DNA from: an uncultured Acidimicrobiaceae bacterium
GTDB lineage: Bacteria; Actinomycetota; Acidimicrobiia; Acidimicrobiales; Salinilacustritrichaceae
Reading direction: 5' to 3'
Assembly: GCA_963730345.1 (NCBI GenBank)
Contig: CAVSRP010000037.1
Coordinates: 46,038 to 110,037 of the forward strand
DNA: 64,000 nt
Every line of letters begins with the position of its first letter. Position 1 is the first letter of the stretch. The notes below the pieces were generated by a model. The model was not told the origin of the DNA, made no database searches, and saw only the letters and a program-made list of their open reading frames with translations. Below, piece by piece: positions 1-9,017 of the stretch. Both the position numbers and the translations under genes were made by a program.

Positions 1-1
1 C

Positions 2-502
2 CAGACCCGTGTCGGGCAGAACGGGAAGCCCTTCGAGATCTTGAAGTTCCGCACCATGCAGCTCGACGGTGACGACTCCGAGCATCGCCAACTCATCATG
101 GCCCAGCTGCGGGGCGGTGGTGATCCCTTGGCGCGGCAAGGTGGGGTCCAGAAGCTGGCGGACGACACCCGGGTCACCCGAGTCGGCAGGATCCTGCGGC
201 GGAACAGCCTCGACGAGCTCCCGCAGTTCGTCAACGTTCTCCGAGGAGAGATGTCACTGGTCGGTCCGCGTCCGCATCTGCCGTGGGAGACAGAGCTGTT
301 CTCCGCCGAACACCTCCTCCGCCTCGTCGCCACCCCGGGACTGACCGGCCTGTGGCAGGTCAAGGGCCGGGGCGAGCTCACGATGGCTGCCGCCCTCGAC
401 CTCGACGTCGAATACGTGCGCCATCGCTCGGTCTGGCTGGACCTCAAGATCCTGGCGCTCACGCCACGGGCGCTGCTGCGGTCCCGTCACCAGACCGCGT
501 GA
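2..502 (+). CDS. Bacterial sugar transferase (polyprenyl-phosphate glycosyl-1-phosphate priming transferase, WbaP/CpsE-like), C-terminal part; 5' end lies outside the window
   Basis: Frame is open from the window edge. LKFRTM, DELPQFVNVLRGEMSLVGPRP and GLTGLWQV motifs are typical of PF02397 priming transferases. Stop TGA 500-502 overlaps the next start (GTGA). Confidence 0.85.
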   Translation, partial: QTRVGQNGKPFEILKFRTMQLDGDDSEHRQLIMAQLRGGGDPLARQGGVQKLADDTRVTRVGRILRRNSLDELPQFVNVLRGEMSLVGPRPHLPWETELFSAEHLLRLVATPGLTGLWQVKGRGELTMAAALDLDVEYVRHRSVWLDLKILALTPRALLRSRHQTA

Positions 503-1713
503 GCCTCCTGAGGCGTCGCGCCCGCCGGCCCGCGCACGTCCTCGTCCTGGTGCAGAACGCTCCCATCGAGCGCGACAGCCGCGTCCGGCACCTGAGCGTC
601 GCGCTGGCGGGTGGCGGCATCCCCACCACGGTGATCTGCCCCTCGAGCGGCCTCGATCGTGAGCTGGTGATCGACGGGGTCGTGATCCGGAGGTTCCCCC
701 CGGCGCCGGAGCGGCCGGGCGTGCTCGGCTTCGTCATCGAGTACACCTGGTCGGTGGCGGCCATCGCCGCGCTCGTCGTGCGGACCATGTGGTCGGCACC
801 GGTCGCGGTTGTCCACCTGTGCAACCCACCGGACGTGCTCTTCATCGCCGCGCTCCCCTGCAAACTGGGTGGAGCCCGCTTGGTCTTCGACCACCACGAT
901 CCAGCACCGGAGATGTTCGAAACGCGGTTCGGGCGTCGCGGTCCGCTCCACCGCCTGCTCCTGGGAGCAGAACGCGCCACCTTCCGGATCGTCGATCACA
1001 TCGTGTCGACCAACGAGTCACTGGCCGGGATCGCCGTTGCGCGCGGAGGGCGCGATCCCCACGACGTCACCGTGGTCCGCAACGCGCCCGACCTCAGCAC
1101 CGACCAGGCCGCCTCGCTCGACGGTGGACGCGACGACGGCATCCGCCGGATCCTGTGGATCGGTCACATGGGCCCCGACGACGGGGTGGCCACCGCCATC
1201 GAGGCCGCGGGTGAATTGATCCACCGTGGGCGTTACGACGTGCGCCTGATCCTCGTCGGAGACGGCGAGGTCCGGTCCGAGCTCGAGATGCAGGCCCGCA
1301 CGGCCGGACTCAGCGACGCGGTGGAGTGGACGGGCTGGTTGCCACCGGAGGAAGTCCATCGGCAGTTGGCGGTCGCCGACGTGGCCGTCGTGCCCGATCC
1401 GACGAGCCCGCGTGCCGAGCTCTCCACCATGATCAAGGTGATGGAGTACATGACCTTCGGCGTACCGGTGGTGGCGTTTCCACTCCGAGAGACGCAGGTC
1501 TCCGCGGGCGACGCCGCCCTGTTCGTGGACGAAACCCCGGCGGCACTGGCAGATGGCATCTGCGCTGTGCTCGACGACGCCGACCTGGCCCGCCGTCTGT
1601 CGGCCGCCGGGACGCGCAGGATGGCCGGCGAGCTCTCGTGGTCAGCGCAGGTCGAGACGTACCTGACGCTGATCCGCCGATTGCTCGCCGGCCATCCGTT
1701 CGATCAGCGGTAG
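499..1713 (+). CDS. Glycosyltransferase, GT-B fold, GT4 family
   Basis: GTG at 499 overlaps the upstream stop. The C-terminal half (LILVGDGE...VVPDPTSPRAELSTMIKVMEYMTFGVPVVAF) resembles Glycos_transf_1. The track ORF 283..1713 has an Arg-rich 5' extension that overlaps the previous gene. Confidence 0.8.
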   Translation: MSLLRRRARRPAHVLVLVQNAPIERDSRVRHLSVALAGGGIPTTVICPSSGLDRELVIDGVVIRRFPPAPERPGVLGFVIEYTWSVAAIAALVVRTMWSAPVAVVHLCNPPDVLFIAALPCKLGGARLVFDHHDPAPEMFETRFGRRGPLHRLLLGAERATFRIVDHIVSTNESLAGIAVARGGRDPHDVTVVRNAPDLSTDQAASLDGGRDDGIRRILWIGHMGPDDGVATAIEAAGELIHRGRYDVRLILVGDGEVRSELEMQARTAGLSDAVEWTGWLPPEEVHRQLAVADVAVVPDPTSPRAELSTMIKVMEYMTFGVPVVAFPLRETQVSAGDAALFVDETPAALADGICAVLDDADLARRLSAAGTRRMAGELSWSAQVETYLTLIRRLLAGHPFDQR

Positions 1714-3548
1714 CCGGGACTCACGTACCCGACGCCCGCCACACCGGGCTTCACGAAGTCGCCCGAATCCGGCACTCCCATGTTCACCGGTGCGTCGCTG
1801 GGCCAGTTCCACAAGGTGTTGTTCATGGTCCGGCCGTCCCCAGGGCGCACCCACACATCACTCGACGAGATCGGGTAGTTGCCGGTCCAGAGCAAGTATC
1901 GGGCCGTGGTCATACCCACCAGGTTCACTCGGCGAAGATCGATGGAGCCGATCGGGCCCCTGTCCTCGGCCATGAACATGCCTTGGTAGTCCGTGTACCC
2001 GGTGAGGTTGTCGACCCGCAGGGCACGGACGCCTCCATAGGGCTGAACCACGTCCGGGTGGTTGTCCGAGAAGTTCACCTCATCCCGGGCGTGCAGATTC
2101 TCGACCCGAACGTTCTCGAGTTGCACGACCGCCTGGTCGGCGTCGATCTGGATCCCCTCGCTCACGTCCTCACCGCGGATCAGTAGTCCCTCGATGTGGA
2201 CGGTGCCCGTCTGGTCCCGGATCAGGAGTCCGCGGCGCTGGCTGATCGTGGGAGTGCTTCCCTGCCAGGGAATGGAGATCTCCCCTCCGATCAGCACGAC
2301 GTTGCGGCCACCACGGATCGCCATCGCCCGGGTCACGGGCGACGGCGGCATGACGATGCGGTAGTCCTTGCCCGCATCGAGGAAGAGCGTCGACGGGTTG
2401 GTGGACAGCTGGATCGTGGTCGGGTCGGTGAGGGCCGGCGGCGCCCAGGACAGCCGAGATGAGGTCGAGGGCGTCGTCGTCGGCGGCGCGGTCGTGGTCG
2501 TCGTCGACTCTGACGGGGCAATCTGCACGAGGTCGAACCGCGCCGAGAGCTCGACCACGGCACCGCTGCTCATCGTGGCGCGGATCCCGACGGTGTGCCA
2601 TCCGACAGCCAGGCCGTCGGTCGGGAAGCCGTTGGCAACATTGCCACTGCTCCCGTAGAGGTCGAAGGGGGCGCGCAGCTCACGGCGCACGGTCGCGCCG
2701 TCGACGCTGAAGTTCACGCTGTCCACACCGGTTCCATCGGCGGGGTCGCCGTTCGGGGCCCAGAAGACGTACATGTTGGTGCCCTGCTGCACTACGAGCC
2801 CTTCGAGGTTCGAGGCGGGGCTACGGCCGGACGAAGCCGAGTCGAGGATCGGCGTCGTCGTACTCGTCGGAGCCGTGGTGGTCGTCGTCGTCGTCGGAGC
2901 CGTGGTGGTGGTTGTCGTCGGAGCCGTGGTGGTGGTTGTCGTCGGAGCCGTGGTGGTGGTTGTCGTCGGAGCCGTGGTGGTGGTTGTCGTCGGAGCCGGA
3001 CGTTCGAACGTGGCGGTCACCGTGTAGACATCGCGACGGTCGGTGGTCACCCGAGCTAACACGCTGTGCTCACCGATGGCAAGGTCGGCTGTCGAGTAGC
3101 CCGCAGCCTTGTCACCGTGGGTGCCTTCGAGGTCGAAGGGAGCCCGCCGCTCGACCTGGGTGTAGACGCCATCGACGAGGAACTCCACCGACCGGATGCC
3201 GGACCCGTCCAACGGATTGTCGTTCTGGGACCAGAACACGTAGATGTCGCCGCTCCCGGCGATACTGGCGTCGTCGAGGGGAACGGCACCCGAACGGTCC
3301 ACGGACGCGGACACCTGGATCGAACCGAACACCGACGGTCCGGGTGTTCCGGCAGAGATCGTCATGGGCTCGAACGTGGCCGAGGACAGGCTGGACGAAC
3401 TGCCCCGCTTCGAGGCGGCGTTCGCGGTAGTAGGACCGATCGATGAACTCAGAATCAGAGCAACGATCGTCGCAGCGATGAACAATGGACTGGTGCGAAG
3501 ACCGACTTTGACATGACTTACCTCGTGGGCTGTTGAGGGAACTCGCAC
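1704..3548 (-). CDS. Secreted multidomain protein: signal peptide, two paralogous ~110-aa beta-sandwich-like modules split by a Pro/Thr linker, and a C-terminal ~249-aa domain (beta-helix-like, unassigned) shared with the 13352..14260 product
   Basis: The track ORF runs to 3617 (TTG). GTG at 3548 precedes a signal-like segment (KVGLRTSPLFIAATIVALILSSSIG..ANA). Internal duplication: YVFWSQNDNPLDGSGIRSVEFLVDG...RAPFDLEG versus YVFWAPNGDPADGTGVDSVNFSVDG...RAPFDLYG. The C-terminus ends GYVSPGYR. Confidence 0.7.
   Translation of the reverse strand: MRVPSTAHEVSHVKVGLRTSPLFIAATIVALILSSSIGPTTANAASKRGSSSSLSSATFEPMTISAGTPGPSVFGSIQVSASVDRSGAVPLDDASIAGSGDIYVFWSQNDNPLDGSGIRSVEFLVDGVYTQVERRAPFDLEGTHGDKAAGYSTADLAIGEHSVLARVTTDRRDVYTVTATFERPAPTTTTTTAPTTTTTTAPTTTTTTAPTTTTTTAPTTTTTTTAPTSTTTPILDSASSGRSPASNLEGLVVQQGTNMYVFWAPNGDPADGTGVDSVNFSVDGATVRRELRAPFDLYGSSGNVANGFPTDGLAVGWHTVGIRATMSSGAVVELSARFDLVQIAPSESTTTTTAPPTTTPSTSSRLSWAPPALTDPTTIQLSTNPSTLFLDAGKDYRIVMPPSPVTRAMAIRGGRNVVLIGGEISIPWQGSTPTISQRRGLLIRDQTGTVHIEGLLIRGEDVSEGIQIDADQAVVQLENVRVENLHARDEVNFSDNHPDVVQPYGGVRALRVDNLTGYTDYQGMFMAEDRGPIGSIDLRRVNLVGMTTARYLLWTGNYPISSSDVWVRPGDGRTMNNTLWNWPSDAPVNMGVPDSGDFVKPGVAGVGYVSPGYR
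2863..2998. repeat. 24-bp tandem repeat (gtcgtcggagccgtggtggtggtt, 4 perfect units plus degenerate flanks) encoding the (APTTTTTT)n linker
   Basis: Perfect units at 2890-2913, 2914-2937, 2938-2961 and 2962-2985. They translate on the minus strand to APTTTTTT repeats. Confidence 0.9.
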
Positions 3549-3879
3549 CTCGGCGCATCGCCGGGTGGAGACGCACGGGGCGAGTCGGTGGTTGAAAGGT
3601 GTTTCGGCAGATACCAACGAGACTTGAGAGATTCCTGAGCATTGGGCAGCGCCCCCACGGCCGAAACCTCACCCGACATGAACGCGCCACTGGCTTGGTT
3701 GCGGTGCGCCGATCAACATGGGCAGAGGAGAAGTTGTGTCACCAGATCCCGCGTCGACCGCTAGCCAGGACGATGACCCCCCGTCTCCGGAGATCGACGA
3801 AGACCTTCTGCCGACCTTCGTCATCGGTGGGGTGCGGGGAAGGGGGCTTCCCATCACTTGGTGAAGATTGGCCAGCCCG

Positions 3880-5023
3880 ACGTGGGGGTCCCCATGACGG
3901 AGTTGGCCACCGTGCGATTCTCAGAAGAGTCGAACCAACTGAGAAGGAGCCGCACGATGGCCACCAATGGTTCTGCCCTGTCCGCGCTCGCCGCACGTCT
4001 CGGCGAGGCCGATTCCAGATATGGAGTTGAAGATCCCCAAGCTCCGATCCGGTTCGTTCTTCCCGGAGTTGTTGAACGCGCCGGCGGATCAACAAGGCGT
4101 TGTGGGCGGTGGTCATGACCGCCTACATCACCGGCACCTCAACCCGGAAGGTCGACGATCTGGTCAAGGCCCTGGGCTGCGACTCCGGGATCTCGAAGTC
4201 CACGGTCTCCCGGATCTGCAAAGAGATCGACACCGACGTCGCCCTGCTCCGCAACCGTCGGCTCGACCACCAGGCGTTCGTGTACGTGTGGCTCGACGCC
4301 ACCTACGTTCATGTCCGCGACGGCGGCCAGGTCGTCTCCAAGGCGGTCGTGATCGCCACCGGTCTGCGAGCGGACGGGCACCATGAAGTGCTCGGCGTCG
4401 ATGTTGGCGATTCGGAGAACGAGACGTTCTGGACCGCGTACCTCCGCGACTCAGACCGCGGCCTCGATGGCATGCAGCTCGTCATCTCGGATGCCCACAC
4501 CGGACTGAAAGCTGCGATTCGCCGCGTCCTACAGGGGTCCGCGTGGCAACGATGCCGCGTGCACCCCATGCGGAATCTCATGTCGGTCGCCCATCATCAA
4601 CACCGCCAGATCATCGCCGCGTTGATCCGCACGATCTTCGCTCAACCCGACGCCACCTCGGCATCGACCCAGTTGCATTCGGTCGTCGACCAACTCCACG
4701 GCATCGCACCCGGTGTCGCGGAACGACTCGAGGCCATGGAAGCCGACCTGCTCGCCTACGCCGCGTTCCCGGCCGCGCACTGGTCCAAGATCTGGTCCAA
4801 CAACCCCATCGAGCGCCTCAACCGTGAGCTCAAACGGCGGACCGATGTCGTGCAGATCTTCCCCAACCCCGAATCGGTGATCCGCCTCGTTGGCGCGCTC
4901 CTCGTGGAGATGAACGACGAGATGATCGCCGCCGACCGCCGCTACATCGCTGAAGCCTCCGTCGCCGTCCTCCTCGAAGCTGACCGGGAGGTATCGTCGC
5001 TGCCCGCAGCACCCCAAACCTGA
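3880..5023 (+). pseudogene. IS256-family (Mutator-type) transposase remnant, 5'-truncated and frameshifted
   Basis: 4100..5023 encodes WAVVMTAYITGTSTRKVDDLV...VWLDATYVHVR...LVISDAHTGLKAAI...WQRCRVHPMRNL...SNNPIERLNRELKRRTDVV. The hallmark ELKIPKLRSGSFFPELL is in another frame (4021-4074). RRRRINKAL follows a TGA at 4073. The N-terminal ~60-70 aa of the family are missing. Confidence 0.85.
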
Positions 5024-5049
5024 CAACCGAATCGCACGGCAGACCTACA

Positions 5050-5730
5050 CCACGTCCTGGGACATGATGACGACGACGGGCGCGTTGTCCGGCTCCCTGT
5101 CGATCGTGGCGAGGACCTGGTGGGCCGGGCGAACCCGCATGTCAACCAGTTGGCTTCGCGCTTCCACGAGATCGACCCCGGCTGCGAAGCCCGAGGAACG
5201 CAGTTGCACGGCGTTGAGGACCGTGATCATCGCCGAGCAGCGACTCGACTCGCTCGACTCCGTGATAGACCGCATCGGCCACGACCTAATCCGTAGGCCC
5301 GTTGCAACTCACGTCGAGTGATCCGCTTGTCCAAGGAACTCGAGCGGGCCAAAGAAGCCGTGGAACGGGGCCCGAACCCTCGCCAAGATCCAGGGCGTGG
5401 TGGCCGGCATGTCGGCGGCGAAGACTTCGTCGCCGAGGTCGCGGGCGTCGGGCGTTTCAAGTCCCGGCGCACGTTGGCTCGCCGCCGACCGGCACAGCGC
5501 CGCTCCCTGTATCGTCTGTAGAACCAAGACCAGCATCGACCCCAGCCGGACCGGGACCCGCCCAACTCTAGATGCCGCCGTCCATCGCATCGCGCTCACC
5601 CAGCCCCACTACCACCCTGAAGCGATCGCCTACGTCGAACGAGAGGTCGAGAGCGGCGACAACGGCGAAGAACCGATGCAGTTCGCTCAAGATTCGCCTC
5701 CAACGTCATCTTCTTATCGAGCGATGATAA
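5050..5730 (+). pseudogene. IS110-family transposase remnant: middle and C-terminal (transposase_20-like) part only, with several frameshifts and in-frame stops
   Basis: Family-like pieces are scattered over the three plus frames: EDLVGRANPHVNQLASRFHEIDPG, FVAEVAGVGRFKSRRTLA, TGTAPLPVSS, LDAAVHRIALTQPHYHPEAIAYVEREVESG. It starts directly after the IS256 remnant. No N-terminal DEDD domain is seen. Confidence 0.65.
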
Positions 5731-6089
5731 CCGAGGCCTCGAGGCCGGCGCCCGGCGTTCACCACGTCAGCCAAGGTCAATCTCGTCGCCCACTTGACAT
5801 AGAGAGAGGGGGGCGGCATCTCAAAACCCGATGGAAGTGTCGACGGTCGTGTCGCAGGCTCGTTCGCTCGCCTTGCACCACGACTCGCCGCGCACCGACC
5901 GCGAGGCGTCCATGATCGGTTCCCACCGCCCACGAGGCCAAGCTCTGGCTCCTAGCTCAGAACGACCACATTCGAGTCTCCTCCGCTGGGAGAGACTCAT
6001 GGCCGATCTGCTCAGGTGGTCAGGACATCGCGAAAGGTGAACAGATGACGGGTCATGACCTCTCGACATCACATCACTGACGGGGACGA

Positions 6090-7622
6090 GTGCGTCGAGA
6101 AGGATCAAGCGATGCGGAAAGGGCTGAAGAAGCAGCGGAACGCGACCTCGCAGGCGAATCGATCGTCGGCACGCTCTGGTCCTGCTCCAGACCGTGGTCA
6201 TCAAGGTCAGCGGACTCACCGCCCAGATCGCGCTGGCGTATCTCCTCGTCCCCGGAGATTCGGGCTCATCGGCATCGCGTTGAGTATCACCGCGTTCGCC
6301 GACGTGCTGTACCAGAACAGCCTCGCCCAAGTCATCGTCCAGCGACGGGAGAATCTCGAGGAACGGGGCGCGTCGCTCTTCTGGCTCTCGATGGTGATGA
6401 GCGGCGTCGCGACCGTAGTGCTCATCGGCATCTCGCCTCTGATCGCGCGGATCTTCGATGCGCCTCGCGTCGCGCCGCTGATCGTCGTGCTCACATCGCC
6501 GTCCCCATGAACGGCGCCAGCGTCTTCCCGCGGTCTCGTCTATCGGCGACCTGCGTTTCCGTCGACTGGCCGCGATCAGCGGCGCGCAGTTCATGATCCA
6601 GAGCGTCACCTCGGTGGCCTTCGCAGCATGGGCCTCGGTGCCATGTCATTCGCCCTCGGCTACCCGATGTCCTCGCTGGCGGCGTGATCTGATATCCCAC
6701 CAGCGCCCCCCTATACGCCTCGTGGCGACCGCGCGTCGACTCGTCGCGACCGCTGGCCCAGGACACAGCCACGCTCGTCTCGACGAGCTGGCTGAACAAG
6801 GTCGTGGATTTCGGCGACTACTTCATCCTCGGCATCTTCGCCGACTCGACCGCCGTGGGTCTGTACTACTTCGCATTCCGACTGGCCGCCCAGACGGGAT
6901 CGATCGTGACCTCGAATGCAGCTCGGGTGCTCTTCCCGACCTTGCTGCAGGTTCCCTCGGGATCACGCCGGCAACACCGGTCCTTCATGCGAGCGGTACG
7001 CGTGCTCGCAGGGTTCGGGATCCCGCTCGCCATGATCTTTGTCGTCTACGGCGCCGACCTCCTGGCCGCGCTGTTCGACCCCCAGTGGAAGCAGGCCGCG
7101 CTCTTCGTGCAGGTCCTGAGCATTGCTTCGGCCACACGCACGGTGAGTGACAGCCACGCCAATCTGCTCAAGGCACAAGGTCGGTACCGAGAGTTGCTGC
7201 GCTGGAACATCGTTGGTACCGCGTGCTTTCTCGCCATCGTCACCCTCGGTGGCGCCGTCGACCAGGCAACCGGTGTGTGCGTCGCGGTGGTGATCCATGC
7301 CGTGGTGGGCGGTTGGATCGTCTACTACCTCACTGTGCGCCCATTCGGGAGTGACTTCTGGGAGTTCGGCCGGCTCGTCTCGGGCGCCCTGATCGCGTCG
7401 GCGTCGGTGGCGATCGCGTCGGTGCTGTTCATGCGCTTCACGCTGGGGTGGACCGAACCCAGCGCAGCCCGCCTGGTGCTGGGGTGTGCCCTGATGGGTG
7501 TGCTGTACCTACCCATACTCCACGTTGTCTCTCCTCCAACCAGCCGGGAGCTGCTCGAGGTCTCCCGCCGCGTCACCGGCCCGGTTTGGGTGAAGGTCCG
7601 ACGGGGCGTGGTGCCGAGGTAG
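6090..7622 (+). pseudogene. wzx: Wzx-like polysaccharide flippase (polysaccharide biosynthesis protein, MOP superfamily) broken by at least 6 frameshifts in its 5' half
   Basis: A continuous flippase-like sequence needs frame changes near 6180, 6260, 6493, 6531, 6630 and 6686. It reads ESIVGTLWS / LLQTVVIKVSGLTAQIALAYLLVPGD / FGLIGIALSITAFADVLYQ...PLIVVL / IAVPMNGASVFPR / DLRFRRLAAISGAQFMIQSVTSVAFAAW / GLGAMSFALGYPMSSLA / ...WLNKVVDFGDYFILGIFADSTAVGLYYFAFRLA. The last 272 codons (6804..7622) are open. Confidence 0.75.
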
Positions 7623-9017
7623 GAGGGCGAGCAGGACCCAGAACACGTGGGGAAAGCCGCTCGAGGTGAAATACGGGAAGATGAAGTGCATCACGAGGCT
7701 TCCCGGTATGACCGCGACGAGCGTCAGCGACACGGCCCGGTCGACGACGGCTCGGCCGTGTCGGTGCCGCCATGCCGCGCCGGCGGCAATGCTCATGAAC
7801 ACCAGGTAGGAGCCGAGCAGCAAGACACCACCGCGGAGGACCAGCGTGACGTAGAGGGACTCCGTGTGTTGCCAGTCGACACCGGGCGGGATCCCCGGGC
7901 CGAAGCCGAGCGGCCAGTACTCGGAGAGCGGCGCCTCGTAGTCGCCGCTCCAGATGGCGAGGCGATCGTCGATGTTCTTGCCCAGCACGGTGCCTGAGGT
8001 CGGGTCGTACTGCTGCTCGATCCGGTTCGTCAGAGCGCCCCCGGCAAAGGAGAACGCGGCGATACCCACGAGGGCGATGGCGACGAGCGAGCGTCCGGCC
8101 CGTCCTCCGGACATGGAGATCGCCAGCACCATGACAACAGTGACGGCGATGGCCGTCAGCGCCTGCGACAGCATCAAGCCACCAGCGATCACGATGGCCA
8201 TGGTGAACGCAGCGCGACGGACGGGGCGACTGACCTGGCGGTCGACGAGCACGGCGACGCACACGAGCAGGAGGGGCACCAGGAACCCGGCGAAGGAGTG
8301 CCAGTTTTCGTACAGACCGGTGGCACGGGCGCCGACGGAGGTGTTCTGGTAGCTCCACGTGTCGAAGATGCCACCCGAGGTGATGTTGGCCACGAAGCTG
8401 CGCACTCCGGGAACGTCGAGGTACTGGCCCACACCGACGAGCACGCTGGCGACGGAGCTGGCCACCAGGCAGCTCAGTGCCGCGGCTCGCTGACGGCGCG
8501 TGAGCGAGGCGCAGCGAATCGTCCAGTACATCAGGAAGAAGAGCGCGGGAGAGAATGCATCGCGCATGTCGTCGATCGACAGCCATTCGCCCCGTGAGAG
8601 CGGGTGGACAACTGTGAGCACCGCGGTCGCTGCGACGTAGGTGAGGGCTGCCGTATCGACGGCGTCGAGCCGACGGTGGCGTCCGGCCACACCTACCACG
8701 AGCACCGCGACCGCGATGGTCATCGCCTCGACCAGCTTGAGCTGGGGTATCGGAATGCCCCGGCCCAGACCCGCCAATGGCGGCACCGCCACTGCGAGGG
8801 TGATCGCGCCGACGGCGGGACGCTCGATGACGAGCAGTGCGAAGCCCATGGCGACCACGCCAGCGACGGCCAGGACCGGACTCTTCGCGGCTACGAAGCC
8901 AATCGCCACCGGACCGCCTAGGGCGACGGCGACCAGTACCGCGCCCGGAACCCGACCGCGTCGCGGCTCGTCGTCGTCCCGGACCGGCACCCTCGACGGT
9001 ACGACGATGTCAACCAT
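7509..9017 (-). CDS. O-antigen polymerase/ligase-family membrane protein (Wzy-like)
   Basis: 502-aa polytopic membrane ORF with a periplasmic-loop-like segment and Wzy_C-like organisation. It lies downstream of a Wzz-like gene in the same operon. Its 3' end overlaps the convergent wzx remnant by 114 bp. Confidence 0.65.
   Translation of the reverse strand: MVDIVVPSRVPVRDDDEPRRGRVPGAVLVAVALGGPVAIGFVAAKSPVLAVAGVVAMGFALLVIERPAVGAITLAVAVPPLAGLGRGIPIPQLKLVEAMTIAVAVLVVGVAGRHRRLDAVDTAALTYVAATAVLTVVHPLSRGEWLSIDDMRDAFSPALFFLMYWTIRCASLTRRQRAAALSCLVASSVASVLVGVGQYLDVPGVRSFVANITSGGIFDTWSYQNTSVGARATGLYENWHSFAGFLVPLLLVCVAVLVDRQVSRPVRRAAFTMAIVIAGGLMLSQALTAIAVTVVMVLAISMSGGRAGRSLVAIALVGIAAFSFAGGALTNRIEQQYDPTSGTVLGKNIDDRLAIWSGDYEAPLSEYWPLGFGPGIPPGVDWQHTESLYVTLVLRGGVLLLGSYLVFMSIAAGAAWRHRHGRAVVDRAVSLTLVAVIPGSLVMHFIFPYFTSSGFPHVFWVLLALLPRHHAPSDLHPNRAGDAAGDLEQLPAGWRRDNVEYG

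Noticed and set aside
3909-5039. An 11-nt inverted match (ccgtgcgattc at 3910-3920; gaatcgcacgg at 5029-5039) as possible terminal inverted repeats of the IS256-type element.
   Set aside because: The match does not extend on either side. The left copy lies inside sequence that still looks like degraded transposase coding (..RFSEESNQ..). The implied element (~1.13 kb) would be too short for the family. It is kept only as a weak possibility.
5975-6057. Short palindromes (gagtctc..gagactc; gtcatgac) in the low-GC spacer before the wzx remnant, as possible IS ends or operators.
   Set aside because: The arms are 7-8 bp with no second copy and no partner at the other side of the IS remnants, so they are compatible with chance.
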